Source of the DNA: a bacterium
Lineage (GTDB): Bacteria > SAR324 > JACQKK01
Assembly (NCBI GenBank): GCA_965240465.1
Contig: OZ251219.1
Location: 896,001-960,000, forward strand
Direction: 5' to 3'
DNA length: 64,000 nt
The notes beneath the pieces are model-generated. The model was not told the origin of the DNA. It saw nothing but the letters and a program-made list of their open reading frames with translations, and ran no database searches. Shown in pieces: positions 29,087 to 38,554 of the stretch (the stretch's first letter is position 1; each line of letters opens with the position of its first letter). A program made the translations under genes and the position numbers.

Positions 29087-30787
29087 ATGTATGTTTTTTT
29101 TAGAAATAAAGTAGATTGGCAAGGTTTTAGCTGGTTTTTGATGTCTGTGTCATTATTTGTCCTATATCAGTGTGCTGATGGCGGTATTGATAAGGGGAAA
29201 GAAGAAGATCCCTACTACAAATATCAATGGCATTTAAATGATCCCGTTAACGATGTTGATATCAATGCTCCCGAAGCTTGGAAGATCTCTGAAGGAGAAG
29301 GAATAACGGTAGCTGTTAATGATGACGGAACTATCGTTAATCATCCAGATTTGGCAGATAACCACAGACCAAAATTGAGTTTTAACTTTGTAACAAAAGG
29401 TATTGATCCAGATCTTCCTTGGAAGAGGGGTGCATCGGATCATGGAACGCTTGTGGCGGGCTTAATTATAGGGGTAAGCGGTAATGGCAAGGGAATCAGG
29501 GGGGTTGCCCCCAAGTCTAAATTTTTTGCTTTGAACATTCTAGAAGGAAAAGGCGTTGTGGACCAGGCACTATCATTTACTAAAAATTTTATTGTAGATG
29601 GAAAACCTAGTAATTATGCTGTTTCAAATAATAGCTGGGGACCTATCCCCGCAGGGGGATGGGGAACTTCTAATTTTGTTATTAATAGTGCATGGGAGGC
29701 AGGACTTAACGAAGGCTTTGGTGGGAAGGGGGTCTCTTATTTGTTTGCAGCCGGTAATGATCGTCATGTATCTTATAAAGATCCCATCTCTGATGCGGCT
29801 ACTTATTATAGATTTGATGATCTGAATTATGCTTGGTCAGGTAAGCACTACGGTGTTATGCAGATTTGTGCTATTAGTAGTTTTGGTAAGATATCTTTTT
29901 ATTCAACACCTGGGGCTACTTTGTGGGTTTGTGGACCATCTAGCGATAGCGGTCCTGATGGAAGCAAGCTCGGTTTGACAACAACAGATAAGCCTGGAGA
30001 AGAAGGGTATAATGCTGGAATACCTTCGCTGGCATACCCAGATTATCGTGATGCTGATTATACCAGTAACTTTGGTGGGACTTCTGGTGCTGCCCCGATT
30101 GTTTCTGGAGTGGTGGCTTTGATTAGATCTGCCAATAAGGAATTAACTTGGAGAGATGTGAAACTTATTTTAGCTGCAACATCTAGAAAAGTTGATCCTG
30201 CTCATAAAGGATGGTTTCTGGGAGTAGATAGTTATGATGGCACCAAATCTGGGTCAGAACGCTACTCTGGTAAGAAGTACAATCATAGTCATGATTATGG
30301 GTTTGGTCTTGCTGATGCTGGACGTGCTGTTAAGGTGGCCCAATCATGGCAAAGTATAGGGGCTGAGTTTATGAAAATAGCAGTGGGGGAAAATAATAAC
30401 ATCCTTGTGGGTGAGAGGAACATTTCGGATAATGATGTAACTGGTAGAATCTATGAACTAACGGTTTCTGATCCTAGAATTGATTTCATAGAATTTGTAA
30501 GTGTCAATGCTTGGTTTGAGGGTAATAGTGCTGGGGATTTACGGGTGGAATTAACTTCGCCGGCAGGAATGACTAGTGTTCTTGCCGAGCCGCATGCTTG
30601 TTTTTATGATGGAAGCCCAACCAGATGTTCGATTTCAGCAAATACTGAGTATGATTTTAGTTCTGCACGTCATCTTGGTGAAGACCCAAATGGAGTTTGG
30701 ACTTTGAGAGTGGTAGACGAGGTTGAAAACGATATTCACCAAATTTATGGCTGGATAATATCTGTTTATGGACATAAGAAGGACTAG
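29087..30787 (+). CDS. Kexin-like S8 protease, putative lipoprotein (S8 plus P-domain only)
   Basis: AGGAG before ATG 29087; LYQC followed by only about 11 aa before DPYYKYQWHL; NDDG, HGT, AGN, GTSGAAP. Confidence 0.92.
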   Translation: MYVFFRNKVDWQGFSWFLMSVSLFVLYQCADGGIDKGKEEDPYYKYQWHLNDPVNDVDINAPEAWKISEGEGITVAVNDDGTIVNHPDLADNHRPKLSFNFVTKGIDPDLPWKRGASDHGTLVAGLIIGVSGNGKGIRGVAPKSKFFALNILEGKGVVDQALSFTKNFIVDGKPSNYAVSNNSWGPIPAGGWGTSNFVINSAWEAGLNEGFGGKGVSYLFAAGNDRHVSYKDPISDAATYYRFDDLNYAWSGKHYGVMQICAISSFGKISFYSTPGATLWVCGPSSDSGPDGSKLGLTTTDKPGEEGYNAGIPSLAYPDYRDADYTSNFGGTSGAAPIVSGVVALIRSANKELTWRDVKLILAATSRKVDPAHKGWFLGVDSYDGTKSGSERYSGKKYNHSHDYGFGLADAGRAVKVAQSWQSIGAEFMKIAVGENNNILVGERNISDNDVTGRIYELTVSDPRIDFIEFVSVNAWFEGNSAGDLRVELTSPAGMTSVLAEPHACFYDGSPTRCSISANTEYDFSSARHLGEDPNGVWTLRVVDEVENDIHQIYGWIISVYGHKKD

Positions 30788-30984
30788 ACCATAGTTTCTC
30801 CCCAGTAGGTTTTTTAGGGCGGCCTATTAAAATCCAGAGTTCTTATATTGGTGTTAGGATATCTGCCAGAGCAGTCTGAGTTGAGAAAATATTGTACTAT
30901 TTTTTCTATAAAGTGTTTACAAACGGTTGTCTTTACACTAGAAAGGATATATTTATATTGAAACGTAGCGAGAATTTGAATTAA

Positions 30985-32685
30985 GTGTATTTATTTCTTC
31001 CAAATAGAGTGTTTCAGCAAGGTTCTGGTTGGGTTTTGCTGTCTGCGTCGTTGTTTTTTCTTGCTCAGTGCGGTGGTGACGGAATATCTGAAGTGAATGA
31101 GGATGAGGATCCCTTGTATCGGTATCAATGGCACCTAAATGACCCCGATAACGATATTGATGTCAATGCTCCTGAAGCTTGGAAGATTACAGAAGGAGAA
31201 GGAATAATTGTAGGTGTTAATGATGACGGGGCTATAATTAATCATCCAGATCTGGAGGCTAACCACAGTAGTGGATTAAGTTATGACTATGTTAACAAAG
31301 ATATAGATCCGCATGCTCCTCAAATTAGTGGTGCCTCAGTGCATGGAACGGCTGTGTCAGGTTTGATTGTAGGAGTGAAAGATAATGATAAGGGAATCAG
31401 GGGGGTGGCCCCAAAGGCTAAATTCTTTGCTACGAACGGTCTAGAAGCCGGTAGATTGCTTGATGGCCTTACGATAAATTTGAGTAATACTCAGTATGCT
31501 GCTTCAAATAACAGCTGGGGTTCTGTTTTTGGGGGAACATTGAATTCTATCAGTGCTACGTATCATGAAGCATTTGATAATGGGGTTAAAAACGGATTTG
31601 GTGGAAAGGGTATTGTTTATTTATTTTCAAGCGGTAATGATCGTTACAGAAGATATAGGGATCCCGTGTCTAAAAAGGATGTTTATTATGTTTATGATAA
31701 TTCAAATTATAGTAACGCACTTAAGCACCCTGGTGTTTTTCCTATTTGTGCTGTTAATAGTTATGGTAAGGTTTCTTTTTACTCAGAACCCGGGGCTAAT
31801 TTACTTGTTTGTGGACCATCGGGCGATGGCGGTCCTGATAGAAGCAGAAGCAAGCGTTCTTTGACAACAACGGATAGGCCTGGAGTAGACGGGTATAATA
31901 GGGGGTCCAGTTCGAGTAATTATAAGAATTATAATTATACCAATACATTTAGTGGGACTTCTGGTTCGGCACCAATTGTGACTGGAGTGGTGGCTTTGAT
32001 TAGATCTGCCGGTCCGGGATTAACTTGGAGGGATGTGAAGCTTATTTTAGCTTCAACAGCTAAAAAAGTTGATCCAGGTGACGCAGGGTGGTTTCAGGGG
32101 GCTGCTAGCTATGATGGCACCAAAGTTGGGCTGGAACGCTATGCTCATACCAATGCAAAATATAATCATAATCACGATTTTGGGTTTGGTCTTGCTGATG
32201 CTGAGCGTGCTGTTAAGGCCGCCAAATCATGGAAGAGTAATGTAGGGGCACTTGAGTTTACGTCAGTAGAGGTGGGGGGAGAGGGTAACATTCCTGCAGG
32301 AAGGATGAATATTCCGGATAATGATACAACTGGTAAAAGCTATAAAATAAGGTTTTATAGTACTAGCATTGATTTCATAGAATTTGTAAGTGTCGATATT
32401 TGGATTAAAGCTGTTGGTTCAGCTACCCATTCTGGAGATTTACGGATAGAATTGACTTCTCCGGTAGGTAAAAGACCAAGTATTCTTGCTGAGCCCCATT
32501 CCTGTTTTTTAGGTGATCACCCCTCAAGATGTGAATTTGATAGTAGGATCGTTTTTTCTTCTTTACGTCATCTTGGTGAAAATCCAAATGGACATTGGAC
32601 TTTGAAAGTGGCAGACGAGGGTGAAAAAGATATTCATCGGATTTCAGGTTGGAAAGTGACTGTCTACGGGCATCGTAAGCAGTAG
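30985..32685 (+). CDS. Kexin-like S8 protease, putative lipoprotein (S8 plus P-domain only)
   Basis: LAQC followed shortly by DPLYRYQWHL; NDDG, HGTAV, SGN, GTSGSAP. Confidence 0.92.
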   Translation: MYLFLPNRVFQQGSGWVLLSASLFFLAQCGGDGISEVNEDEDPLYRYQWHLNDPDNDIDVNAPEAWKITEGEGIIVGVNDDGAIINHPDLEANHSSGLSYDYVNKDIDPHAPQISGASVHGTAVSGLIVGVKDNDKGIRGVAPKAKFFATNGLEAGRLLDGLTINLSNTQYAASNNSWGSVFGGTLNSISATYHEAFDNGVKNGFGGKGIVYLFSSGNDRYRRYRDPVSKKDVYYVYDNSNYSNALKHPGVFPICAVNSYGKVSFYSEPGANLLVCGPSGDGGPDRSRSKRSLTTTDRPGVDGYNRGSSSSNYKNYNYTNTFSGTSGSAPIVTGVVALIRSAGPGLTWRDVKLILASTAKKVDPGDAGWFQGAASYDGTKVGLERYAHTNAKYNHNHDFGFGLADAERAVKAAKSWKSNVGALEFTSVEVGGEGNIPAGRMNIPDNDTTGKSYKIRFYSTSIDFIEFVSVDIWIKAVGSATHSGDLRIELTSPVGKRPSILAEPHSCFLGDHPSRCEFDSRIVFSSLRHLGENPNGHWTLKVADEGEKDIHRISGWKVTVYGHRKQ

Positions 32686-32728
32686 TTTCTCTCCGGCAGG
32701 ATTTTAAGGGATTTTGGGGTTTGTTCCG

Positions 32729-33934
32729 CTATGATATGCAGGGCCAGTTCAGCCATAGCTGTTCTAGGGATAGCTGTTTGTTGGCATGCCAAAGGGAAAT
32801 TTTTTGCTTGGTTTTTAAGGTGTCTTGATAACATCGGAAGGCTGCTTCACAGGAGAATTGTGGGGCTACCTTATGAAGTACTGCTTGGCCATTCGCGTTG
32901 AGCAAGGTGCTATTTTTCAATTGTTCAGCGTTTTCTATTATTTGTTTATCTCCCTGTGATGCCCTCAGTTTTAGTACAGCTACATCATGCCACCATCCTT
33001 CTAGCCAATCTAACACAAAGCACCAGTCATCCCCGGCTGCCCACCTAGTACAATGAGACGATAACTTAGCAAATGAACGTTCTGATGAAGAAAGCAGATC
33101 CAGCAGAATTTTTTCCACCTGTTGCCATTCCTCAGCATGATCCAACAATAGCGGCCAAACTCCGGCAGATATTCCTGAGAATCGCAAAGCAAATTGCAAA
33201 GATTCCCCATGCAGTCCGGCTTTTTTAAGTAGCACTTGTCGCGAGTCATAATTCAGAGGACGGAATGGTAACTTCACACAACGCGAGGCAACGGTCTCAG
33301 GCAAGGAATGCAAGTAATTGGTGGATAATATCAGCACTCCCTTACCTGAGGGTTCTTCCAAGGTTTTTAATAGGGCATTAGCAGTCTCTAATCGCATGGT
33401 CTCCGCGCGGGATATAATTAACACTCGTCTGCCCCAGAGCGAGGTGGACAATGCTAGATTATCAATTGCTTGCCGTAGTTGTTCAATTTTTATGCTTATT
33501 CCCTCAGGTAGCAACTTGCTAATCTGAAGGTTATTCCCCGCCGTTGCCAACTTACAAGCCTGACACTCCCCACAGGCCTCTATTTCGCTATTTGCTAGAC
33601 CTCCGAATTCTGTTTGTGCTAGTCGTTTTAGTAGCGGCTCGCAATTTAAGGCAGCTGCCAATGCTAATGCCGTGCTATGTTTGCCCACATGAGGTGGCCC
33701 GTGAAACAGCCAAGCCCGAGGAGGATCCTCCATCTGTAAGGCGGTTTGAATTTGCTGGATGGCAGGCTGCTGACCCAATAACTGGGAAAATTTTACTACC
33801 AAACTGGTATCCTCTGTAGCTTCTTTCCTCGTAGCTTCTTTTATCGTAGCTTCTTTTATCGTAGATTCTTTTATCATGGCTTCTTTTTTTAAGGGATCTC
33901 CTAATCGCGGGCAGAAGACTAGGTGTCCTTCCAA
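32729..33934 (-). CDS. holB: DNA polymerase III subunit delta' (true start probably downstream of the ORF start)
   Basis: LFHGPPHVGK, CGECQAC zinc motif, ANALLKTLEEP, SRC; follows tmk. Confidence 0.9.
   Translation of the reverse strand: MEGHLVFCPRLGDPLKKEAMIKESTIKEATIKEATRKEATEDTSLVVKFSQLLGQQPAIQQIQTALQMEDPPRAWLFHGPPHVGKHSTALALAAALNCEPLLKRLAQTEFGGLANSEIEACGECQACKLATAGNNLQISKLLPEGISIKIEQLRQAIDNLALSTSLWGRRVLIISRAETMRLETANALLKTLEEPSGKGVLILSTNYLHSLPETVASRCVKLPFRPLNYDSRQVLLKKAGLHGESLQFALRFSGISAGVWPLLLDHAEEWQQVEKILLDLLSSSERSFAKLSSHCTRWAAGDDWCFVLDWLEGWWHDVAVLKLRASQGDKQIIENAEQLKNSTLLNANGQAVLHKVAPQFSCEAAFRCYQDTLKTKQKISLWHANKQLSLEQLWLNWPCIS
33816..33890. repeat. 15-bp degenerate tandem repeat at holB 5' end (KEATI-like, about 5 copies)
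   Basis: GTAGCTTCTTTTATC units. Confidence 0.85.
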
Positions 33935-34584
33935 GCCGTCAATTTTGGTTCTATTAATTTCCAGATCTGCTCATGTACCGCCTGAGGCTCTTTTTCAGCA
34001 AGTACACGCTGGATGCGGTCCGATGACTGGCATAGCCTTTGATAACCCTCTGCGGCACGCTGTTGCAAGGAGAAATTGAGATCAAAGCGATCATTTTTGG
34101 AGAGATCTGGCAAGTTATTTTTTGCTCTAATGCGTGCTTGGCAAGCCTCTGGCGAGGCATCCAGCCACAGGGTCAACTGTGGTAAGAAGGGGACAATGTT
34201 ATCTGTCATCCAATCTTCAAGTGATCGGAGATCTAGTTGCTGACCGTATTGTTGATAAGCAATGGTGGAGTCGTGAAATCTGTCGCAAAGGACTATCTGC
34301 CCCTTATCCAAGGCGGGACAAATAACCGCCTTGAGATGCTGAAGGCGATCGGCAAGAAATAAGAGCAATAGTGCTTGGGAGTCAATTTCATTTCCATCCT
34401 GTAATTTTTTTCTCAGGGCATGACCCAGTAGAGCAGTGCTGGGTTCTTTGGTGATGAGTAACGAGGTGCCTAGGGCCTTCAATTTCGGTTGCAAACGCTG
34501 ATGCAAAAGCTGGATCTGCGAGCTTTTGCCACTACCGTCAATCCCCTCCAGACTGATAAACAAACCATCACCCGATAGTGTCAT
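33919..34584 (-). CDS. tmk: Thymidylate kinase
   Basis: FISLEGIDGSGKSSQ P-loop; LCDRF.DST.AYQ. Confidence 0.95.
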   Translation of the reverse strand: MTLSGDGLFISLEGIDGSGKSSQIQLLHQRLQPKLKALGTSLLITKEPSTALLGHALRKKLQDGNEIDSQALLLLFLADRLQHLKAVICPALDKGQIVLCDRFHDSTIAYQQYGQQLDLRSLEDWMTDNIVPFLPQLTLWLDASPEACQARIRAKNNLPDLSKNDRFDLNFSLQQRAAEGYQRLCQSSDRIQRVLAEKEPQAVHEQIWKLIEPKLTAWKDT

Positions 34585-34601
34585 GTAGATATTCCCTTAG
34601 G

Positions 34602-35114
34602 CTAAAAACGAACTCGCAGGTAATCCCCTTTTTTTATACCTAAATCCTTAGCCCGACCAGCGGCGATTTCCAGAACCAGATTGGCGGGTTTTTTGGGTTC
34701 GTAGACGGGCAGATCCGCTAACGCGGTGCCAGAACTAGGTGGCGGTACCCGATGAGCAATATGTACCACCAGACCATTATTCAGCCAAATGATGTCTATG
34801 GGAATTTTCATTCCCTTCATCCAAAACCGATGACGATCAGCATCGGTATACAAAAACAGCATTCCTTCGTTAGCCCCGAGTTTGATTCTCCCCCCCAGCC
34901 CCTTGGATTGATTTTTCGGGTCTTCTACCACTTCCACCACAAAAGTGGTTTGCTTAAAAATAACCTTCGCCATCACAGGAGCAGTAGCAGGTTTTGCCCT
35001 GGCTGAACCTGTTGATAACAAGATTACTAAGAATAATCCCAGCCACCATAGCCGATGGACTTTTTTCCAAAGGCAATTAAACATGTCTGAAGTAACCAGC
35101 GTATTTAGATACAT
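34602..35114 (-). CDS. DUF192 family protein
   Basis: GL..R..L...GMLF, FWMKGM.IPIDIIW and VLEIAAG motifs. Confidence 0.85.
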   Translation of the reverse strand: MYLNTLVTSDMFNCLWKKVHRLWWLGLFLVILLSTGSARAKPATAPVMAKVIFKQTTFVVEVVEDPKNQSKGLGGRIKLGANEGMLFLYTDADRHRFWMKGMKIPIDIIWLNNGLVVHIAHRVPPPSSGTALADLPVYEPKKPANLVLEIAAGRAKDLGIKKGDYLRVRF

Positions 35115-35141
35115 AGAAGGTCTATAAACTGAACTTTAATC

Positions 35142-35702
35142 CTAAACAACCGCTACTTGCTGAGCCAGCATTCGCCTTTTTAGGTACTGCCGCTTAAATA
35201 AAGATTGATGGTCAATAATCAATTTACCGTGTAAATGGTCTAGTTCGTGTTGGAAGCAAATGGATTCCACCCCAGTTAGTTTTTTCTGTTGCGTTTTGCC
35301 GGCAGTATTTTGGTAGCTAATCTGTATCTCTGCCAAGCGTTTTATGGGCAATGGGTCTAAGCCGAGCAAGCTGAGACAGCTTTCCAATCCAATCTGGGGA
35401 TTAGATCCACCCAGCAATTTAGGATTAATCATCACTCTGGCAGAAGGACTAGGGGATTTATTGATGGGACGAGGAGGCCTAAATTCACTGCTTGAAAGTT
35501 CTAGCATGTCCAGAGGAACATCCATCACCAGCACAGCCCTTGAATCCCCCACTTGAGGAGCTGCTAGCCCAATCCCTCTATTCTGATACATGGTCTCTAG
35601 CATGTCATTGGTGAATTGATACAAATGGTCATCAAAGGTGGTCACAAGCTTGGTTGCCTGCTTCAGGATGGGGTTGGGGTACTGGCGGATTGTCAATGCC
35701 AT
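35142..35702 (-). CDS. def: Peptide deformylase
   Basis: GIGLAAPQVG, ESCLS (variant of EGCLS), QHELDHL; start reassigned to MALTIRQYP. Confidence 0.93.
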   Translation of the reverse strand: MALTIRQYPNPILKQATKLVTTFDDHLYQFTNDMLETMYQNRGIGLAAPQVGDSRAVLVMDVPLDMLELSSSEFRPPRPINKSPSPSARVMINPKLLGGSNPQIGLESCLSLLGLDPLPIKRLAEIQISYQNTAGKTQQKKLTGVESICFQHELDHLHGKLIIDHQSLFKRQYLKRRMLAQQVAVV

Positions 35703-35725
35703 CGTCAATTTATCCAGAGAAGCAC

Positions 35726-35792
35726 GGCAAACTATGGAAACATGGCAAACTATGGAAACATGGCAATCCATGGAAACATGGCAAGCCATGGC
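35726..35792. repeat. 18-bp tandem repeat ATGGAAACATGGCAA(ACT), about 3.5 copies, between lpxK and def
   Basis: Directly visible. Confidence 0.9.
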
Positions 35793-35804
35793 GGTTATTT
35801 TGTT

Positions 35805-37034
35805 TTATTTTAGACCGCATCGCTTTAGAAATTCAAGCAGAAAGTCAAGAAATGCCTTTTGGGGCTGGAGGGTTAAGTGCAGGACTAAGATTTTTTCAGC
35901 TAGTAATTTCTGCGATACACCAGCCTGAGAATAATTAGCCTGAGAATAATTAGCCTGAGAATAATTAGCCTGAGAAGATCTTAGCAGGTTTTTCAGTTTT
36001 ACGGCATCTTTGGCAGTAATCACCCACACTCGTTCTTTGCTCAATTGCCGTAGGTGTTCAAGATCTTTGTTGGTGTAGGAATGGTGGTTTGGAAAATAGT
36101 AGCGGGCAATGATGTTCGCCCCTAAGCGTTTCAGTGAATGCTCCAAATGCTCAGGATGGGCAATTCCGCACCAGCTGCCTACCTCTAGCCCCTTCAGTGT
36201 AGACAGAGGATAGGATTGTTCATCTTGGAGATCACTCAGCCTCAGTTGTTCTGCGTCACAGTGAAATATGGGAATTTTTAATCCCTGTGCTTGCCATTCT
36301 GCTCGGCGTAGCGGGATATTATCATCATCAGATCGGGTAAGCAGCAAGACATCAGCCCGATGTGCTGCCCAAAGCGGCTCCCGCAATTCTCCCCGAGGTA
36401 GTAGGCGAGCCTCCTTCAGCGGTTGAGAGGCATCCCAGATCAGCACATTAAGACGCCGCTTTGGCTCATCTCTACCCCCCCCCTCCCGTACAAAAGCTAC
36501 ATGCTGGAAGGCATCATCCAAAACAGCCACCTGAGGGGCATCCCGAAGAACAGCAGTACGCAAATTAAATCCACGATCAGCACCTACATAAAAAGGAAGC
36601 AGGTCATGCTTAGTAGCCAGCATGGCTACTTCATCACCCAGCCAGCTGGCAGGGTTCTTCCTCCAGTAAGAATTATCATCTTCGCTCATGCACGCCCTTA
36701 AAGAACGAGCCCTTACCTGTCTGCGATAACCCCGACTTAAACACACCACCCGCCAACCCCTCTGACTTATCCAGCCCAGTAGCACATCTACCAGCGGGGT
36801 TTTCCCGCTACCACCAACACTTAATCCTCCCACCACAATACAAACCATCCCGCTTCTTCTAACCCAGTCCCAATCAGAATTATCATCCCGTTCCCTCTTA
36901 TAGCCTTGAATCAAGGCTCTCCATCCCAATCGCAGTCTGATTAGACTCCCATACAGAACCCAGAGCGGCCATCGGAGCAACCAATGAATTTTTATTATGT
37001 CCTGCTGCCGTGAGGTGGAATTAGTGGTGTTCAT
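35805..37034 (-). CDS. lpxK: Tetraacyldisaccharide 4'-kinase
   Basis: VGGLSVGGSGKTP, LSRGY, GDE, LDDAFQH, LLPRGELREP. Confidence 0.93.
   Translation of the reverse strand: MNTTNSTSRQQDIIKIHWLLRWPLWVLYGSLIRLRLGWRALIQGYKRERDDNSDWDWVRRSGMVCIVVGGLSVGGSGKTPLVDVLLGWISQRGWRVVCLSRGYRRQVRARSLRACMSEDDNSYWRKNPASWLGDEVAMLATKHDLLPFYVGADRGFNLRTAVLRDAPQVAVLDDAFQHVAFVREGGGRDEPKRRLNVLIWDASQPLKEARLLPRGELREPLWAAHRADVLLLTRSDDDNIPLRRAEWQAQGLKIPIFHCDAEQLRLSDLQDEQSYPLSTLKGLEVGSWCGIAHPEHLEHSLKRLGANIIARYYFPNHHSYTNKDLEHLRQLSKERVWVITAKDAVKLKNLLRSSQANYSQANYSQANYSQAGVSQKLLAEKILVLHLTLQPQKAFLDFLLEFLKRCGLK
35922..35976. repeat. In-frame 15-bp repeat in lpxK (YSQAN, about 3.5 copies)
   Basis: AGCCTGAGAATAATT units. Confidence 0.95.
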
Positions 37035-37116
37035 TTAAGCTGTACTCAACATTAATTTATCTCTACACCAAAGCTATGGTAAAATGCCTATATTTTCTAG
37101 GATGGCATAATAAGCG

Positions 37117-37190
37117 GCGTATAGGCGTCGGACATATGTAGGCAGCGTATAGGCGTCGGACATGTAGGCAGCGTATAGGCGGCAAATAAA
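37117..37190. repeat. 26-28-bp tandem repeat in the lpxK/mltA divergent spacer
   Basis: GCGTATAGGCGTCGGACAT(AT)GTAGGCA x2 plus a partial copy. Confidence 0.85.
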
Positions 37191-37202
37191 TGGATTCATT
37201 AA

Positions 37203-38534
37203 ATGCAATACCATCAAAGCACCATTCAAACTAGCATTTCTGCTCTTGCTGGTAAGTGTTTCATAGGCACTTGGCAGCAACAGATTAATTTATTGCTAAT
37301 GTTATCGTTTAGTGTACTATGTTTCGCTTGCGGTCAATTTTCCGCAGTGCCAGTACGCCAAGTGAAAAAACTCAACCTAATAGATGGCTGTGATAAGCAA
37401 AGCTTGTCTCAATCAGCCCAACGCTCTTTAACTTATTATGAAAGACTTTCTCGCCTACCCTCATCGCCTGAGAAGCAATCGGAAACACCCCCTGTTTTTC
37501 TATTCGGTGAGCATAGTTACTCGGCTCTGGAAATGGTAGCTTCCACCCAACTATTCCTAAACCTGCTGGATAAATCTAATTCTCCTAAGGAACTTAACCA
37601 GTCATTGCAAAAACATTTTCTCTATTTTGAAATATCCAACTCCCAAAAAAAAATACTCTTTACTGGCTACTTTGAGCCAGAAATTCCTGCTAGCCGTAGA
37701 CCCACCAAAAAACTTAATACTCCTGTCCATGCTCGCCCCAAGGACTTGATCGCGGTGAACCTAAACAGATATGAAAACGCCAAACTGCCCTCCATTCAAC
37801 TTTATGGCAAATTGAAGAACGGCAAGGTGCAACCTTATGACTCCCGAATACAAATTCAGCAACGGAAATCTTTGAAAGGACGCGCCCATGTGATTGCTTG
37901 GGTGAACGAGGTAGATTTGTTTTTCCTCCAAATTCAAGGCTCAGGAACTCTACGCTTTGCAAACAACAAGATTGTTAGGATAGGTTATGCTGCCAGCAAT
38001 AGTAATCCTTATCGCAGCATTGGAGCAATACTGGTAGAGCAAGAAAAAATGCCGCTGGAGGATGTAACCATGCAATCCCTTAAGGCTTGGATCCATAGCC
38101 ACCCTCGGCAAGGGCGTGAACTGATGCTCTCTAACCCTAGCTACGTGTTTTTTGATGTTCGCAAGCAGGGACCCTTAGGTAACATTCAGCTGAAGCTGAC
38201 CCCTCAACGCTCACTGGCAGTAGATAGCAGCCTGCTGCCCAAGGGAGCACTGGCATTTGTGAGCACCCATCTTCCTGCTCCTCAGTTCTTAGATTCGGAA
38301 TCCTTACCGCCCTTCCAGTGCTTTATGATGATCCAAGATACTGGCGGAGCTATCCGTGGCTACAGACGGGGTGATATCTTCTTCGGCTCGGGACCAGAGG
38401 CAGAATGGAACGCTGGTCAAATGAAAAATACTGGACGACTATTCTTGCTGGTCGCCAAAAAATCTGCCTTGACATCTCTTCTGCCCGCAGAATCCTCTGA
38501 TAAATTTCCGTTGGGGTCTCCTGCTTCTCCGTAG
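37203..38534 (+). CDS. mltA: Membrane-bound lytic murein transglycosylase A
   Basis: FTGYFEP, FFLQIQGSG, NPSYVFF, QDTGGAIRG..RGDIFFG (3D domain). Confidence 0.92.
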   Translation: MQYHQSTIQTSISALAGKCFIGTWQQQINLLLMLSFSVLCFACGQFSAVPVRQVKKLNLIDGCDKQSLSQSAQRSLTYYERLSRLPSSPEKQSETPPVFLFGEHSYSALEMVASTQLFLNLLDKSNSPKELNQSLQKHFLYFEISNSQKKILFTGYFEPEIPASRRPTKKLNTPVHARPKDLIAVNLNRYENAKLPSIQLYGKLKNGKVQPYDSRIQIQQRKSLKGRAHVIAWVNEVDLFFLQIQGSGTLRFANNKIVRIGYAASNSNPYRSIGAILVEQEKMPLEDVTMQSLKAWIHSHPRQGRELMLSNPSYVFFDVRKQGPLGNIQLKLTPQRSLAVDSSLLPKGALAFVSTHLPAPQFLDSESLPPFQCFMMIQDTGGAIRGYRRGDIFFGSGPEAEWNAGQMKNTGRLFLLVAKKSALTSLLPAESSDKFPLGSPASP

Positions 38535-38554
38535 CCCTTTGTTCTATCAAGAGC

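Noticed and set aside
1-32685. Diversity-generating retroelement or invertase-driven shufflon behind the paralog variation
   Set aside because: No reverse transcriptase, recombinase or inverted cassettes in the window, and differences are not confined to adenines; homologous recombination explains the pattern
35703-35789. CHVSIV-repeat N-terminal extension of Def as a metal-binding tail
   Set aside because: It derives from the 18-bp repeat; deformylase similarity starts at MALTIRQYP, so it is probably untranslated
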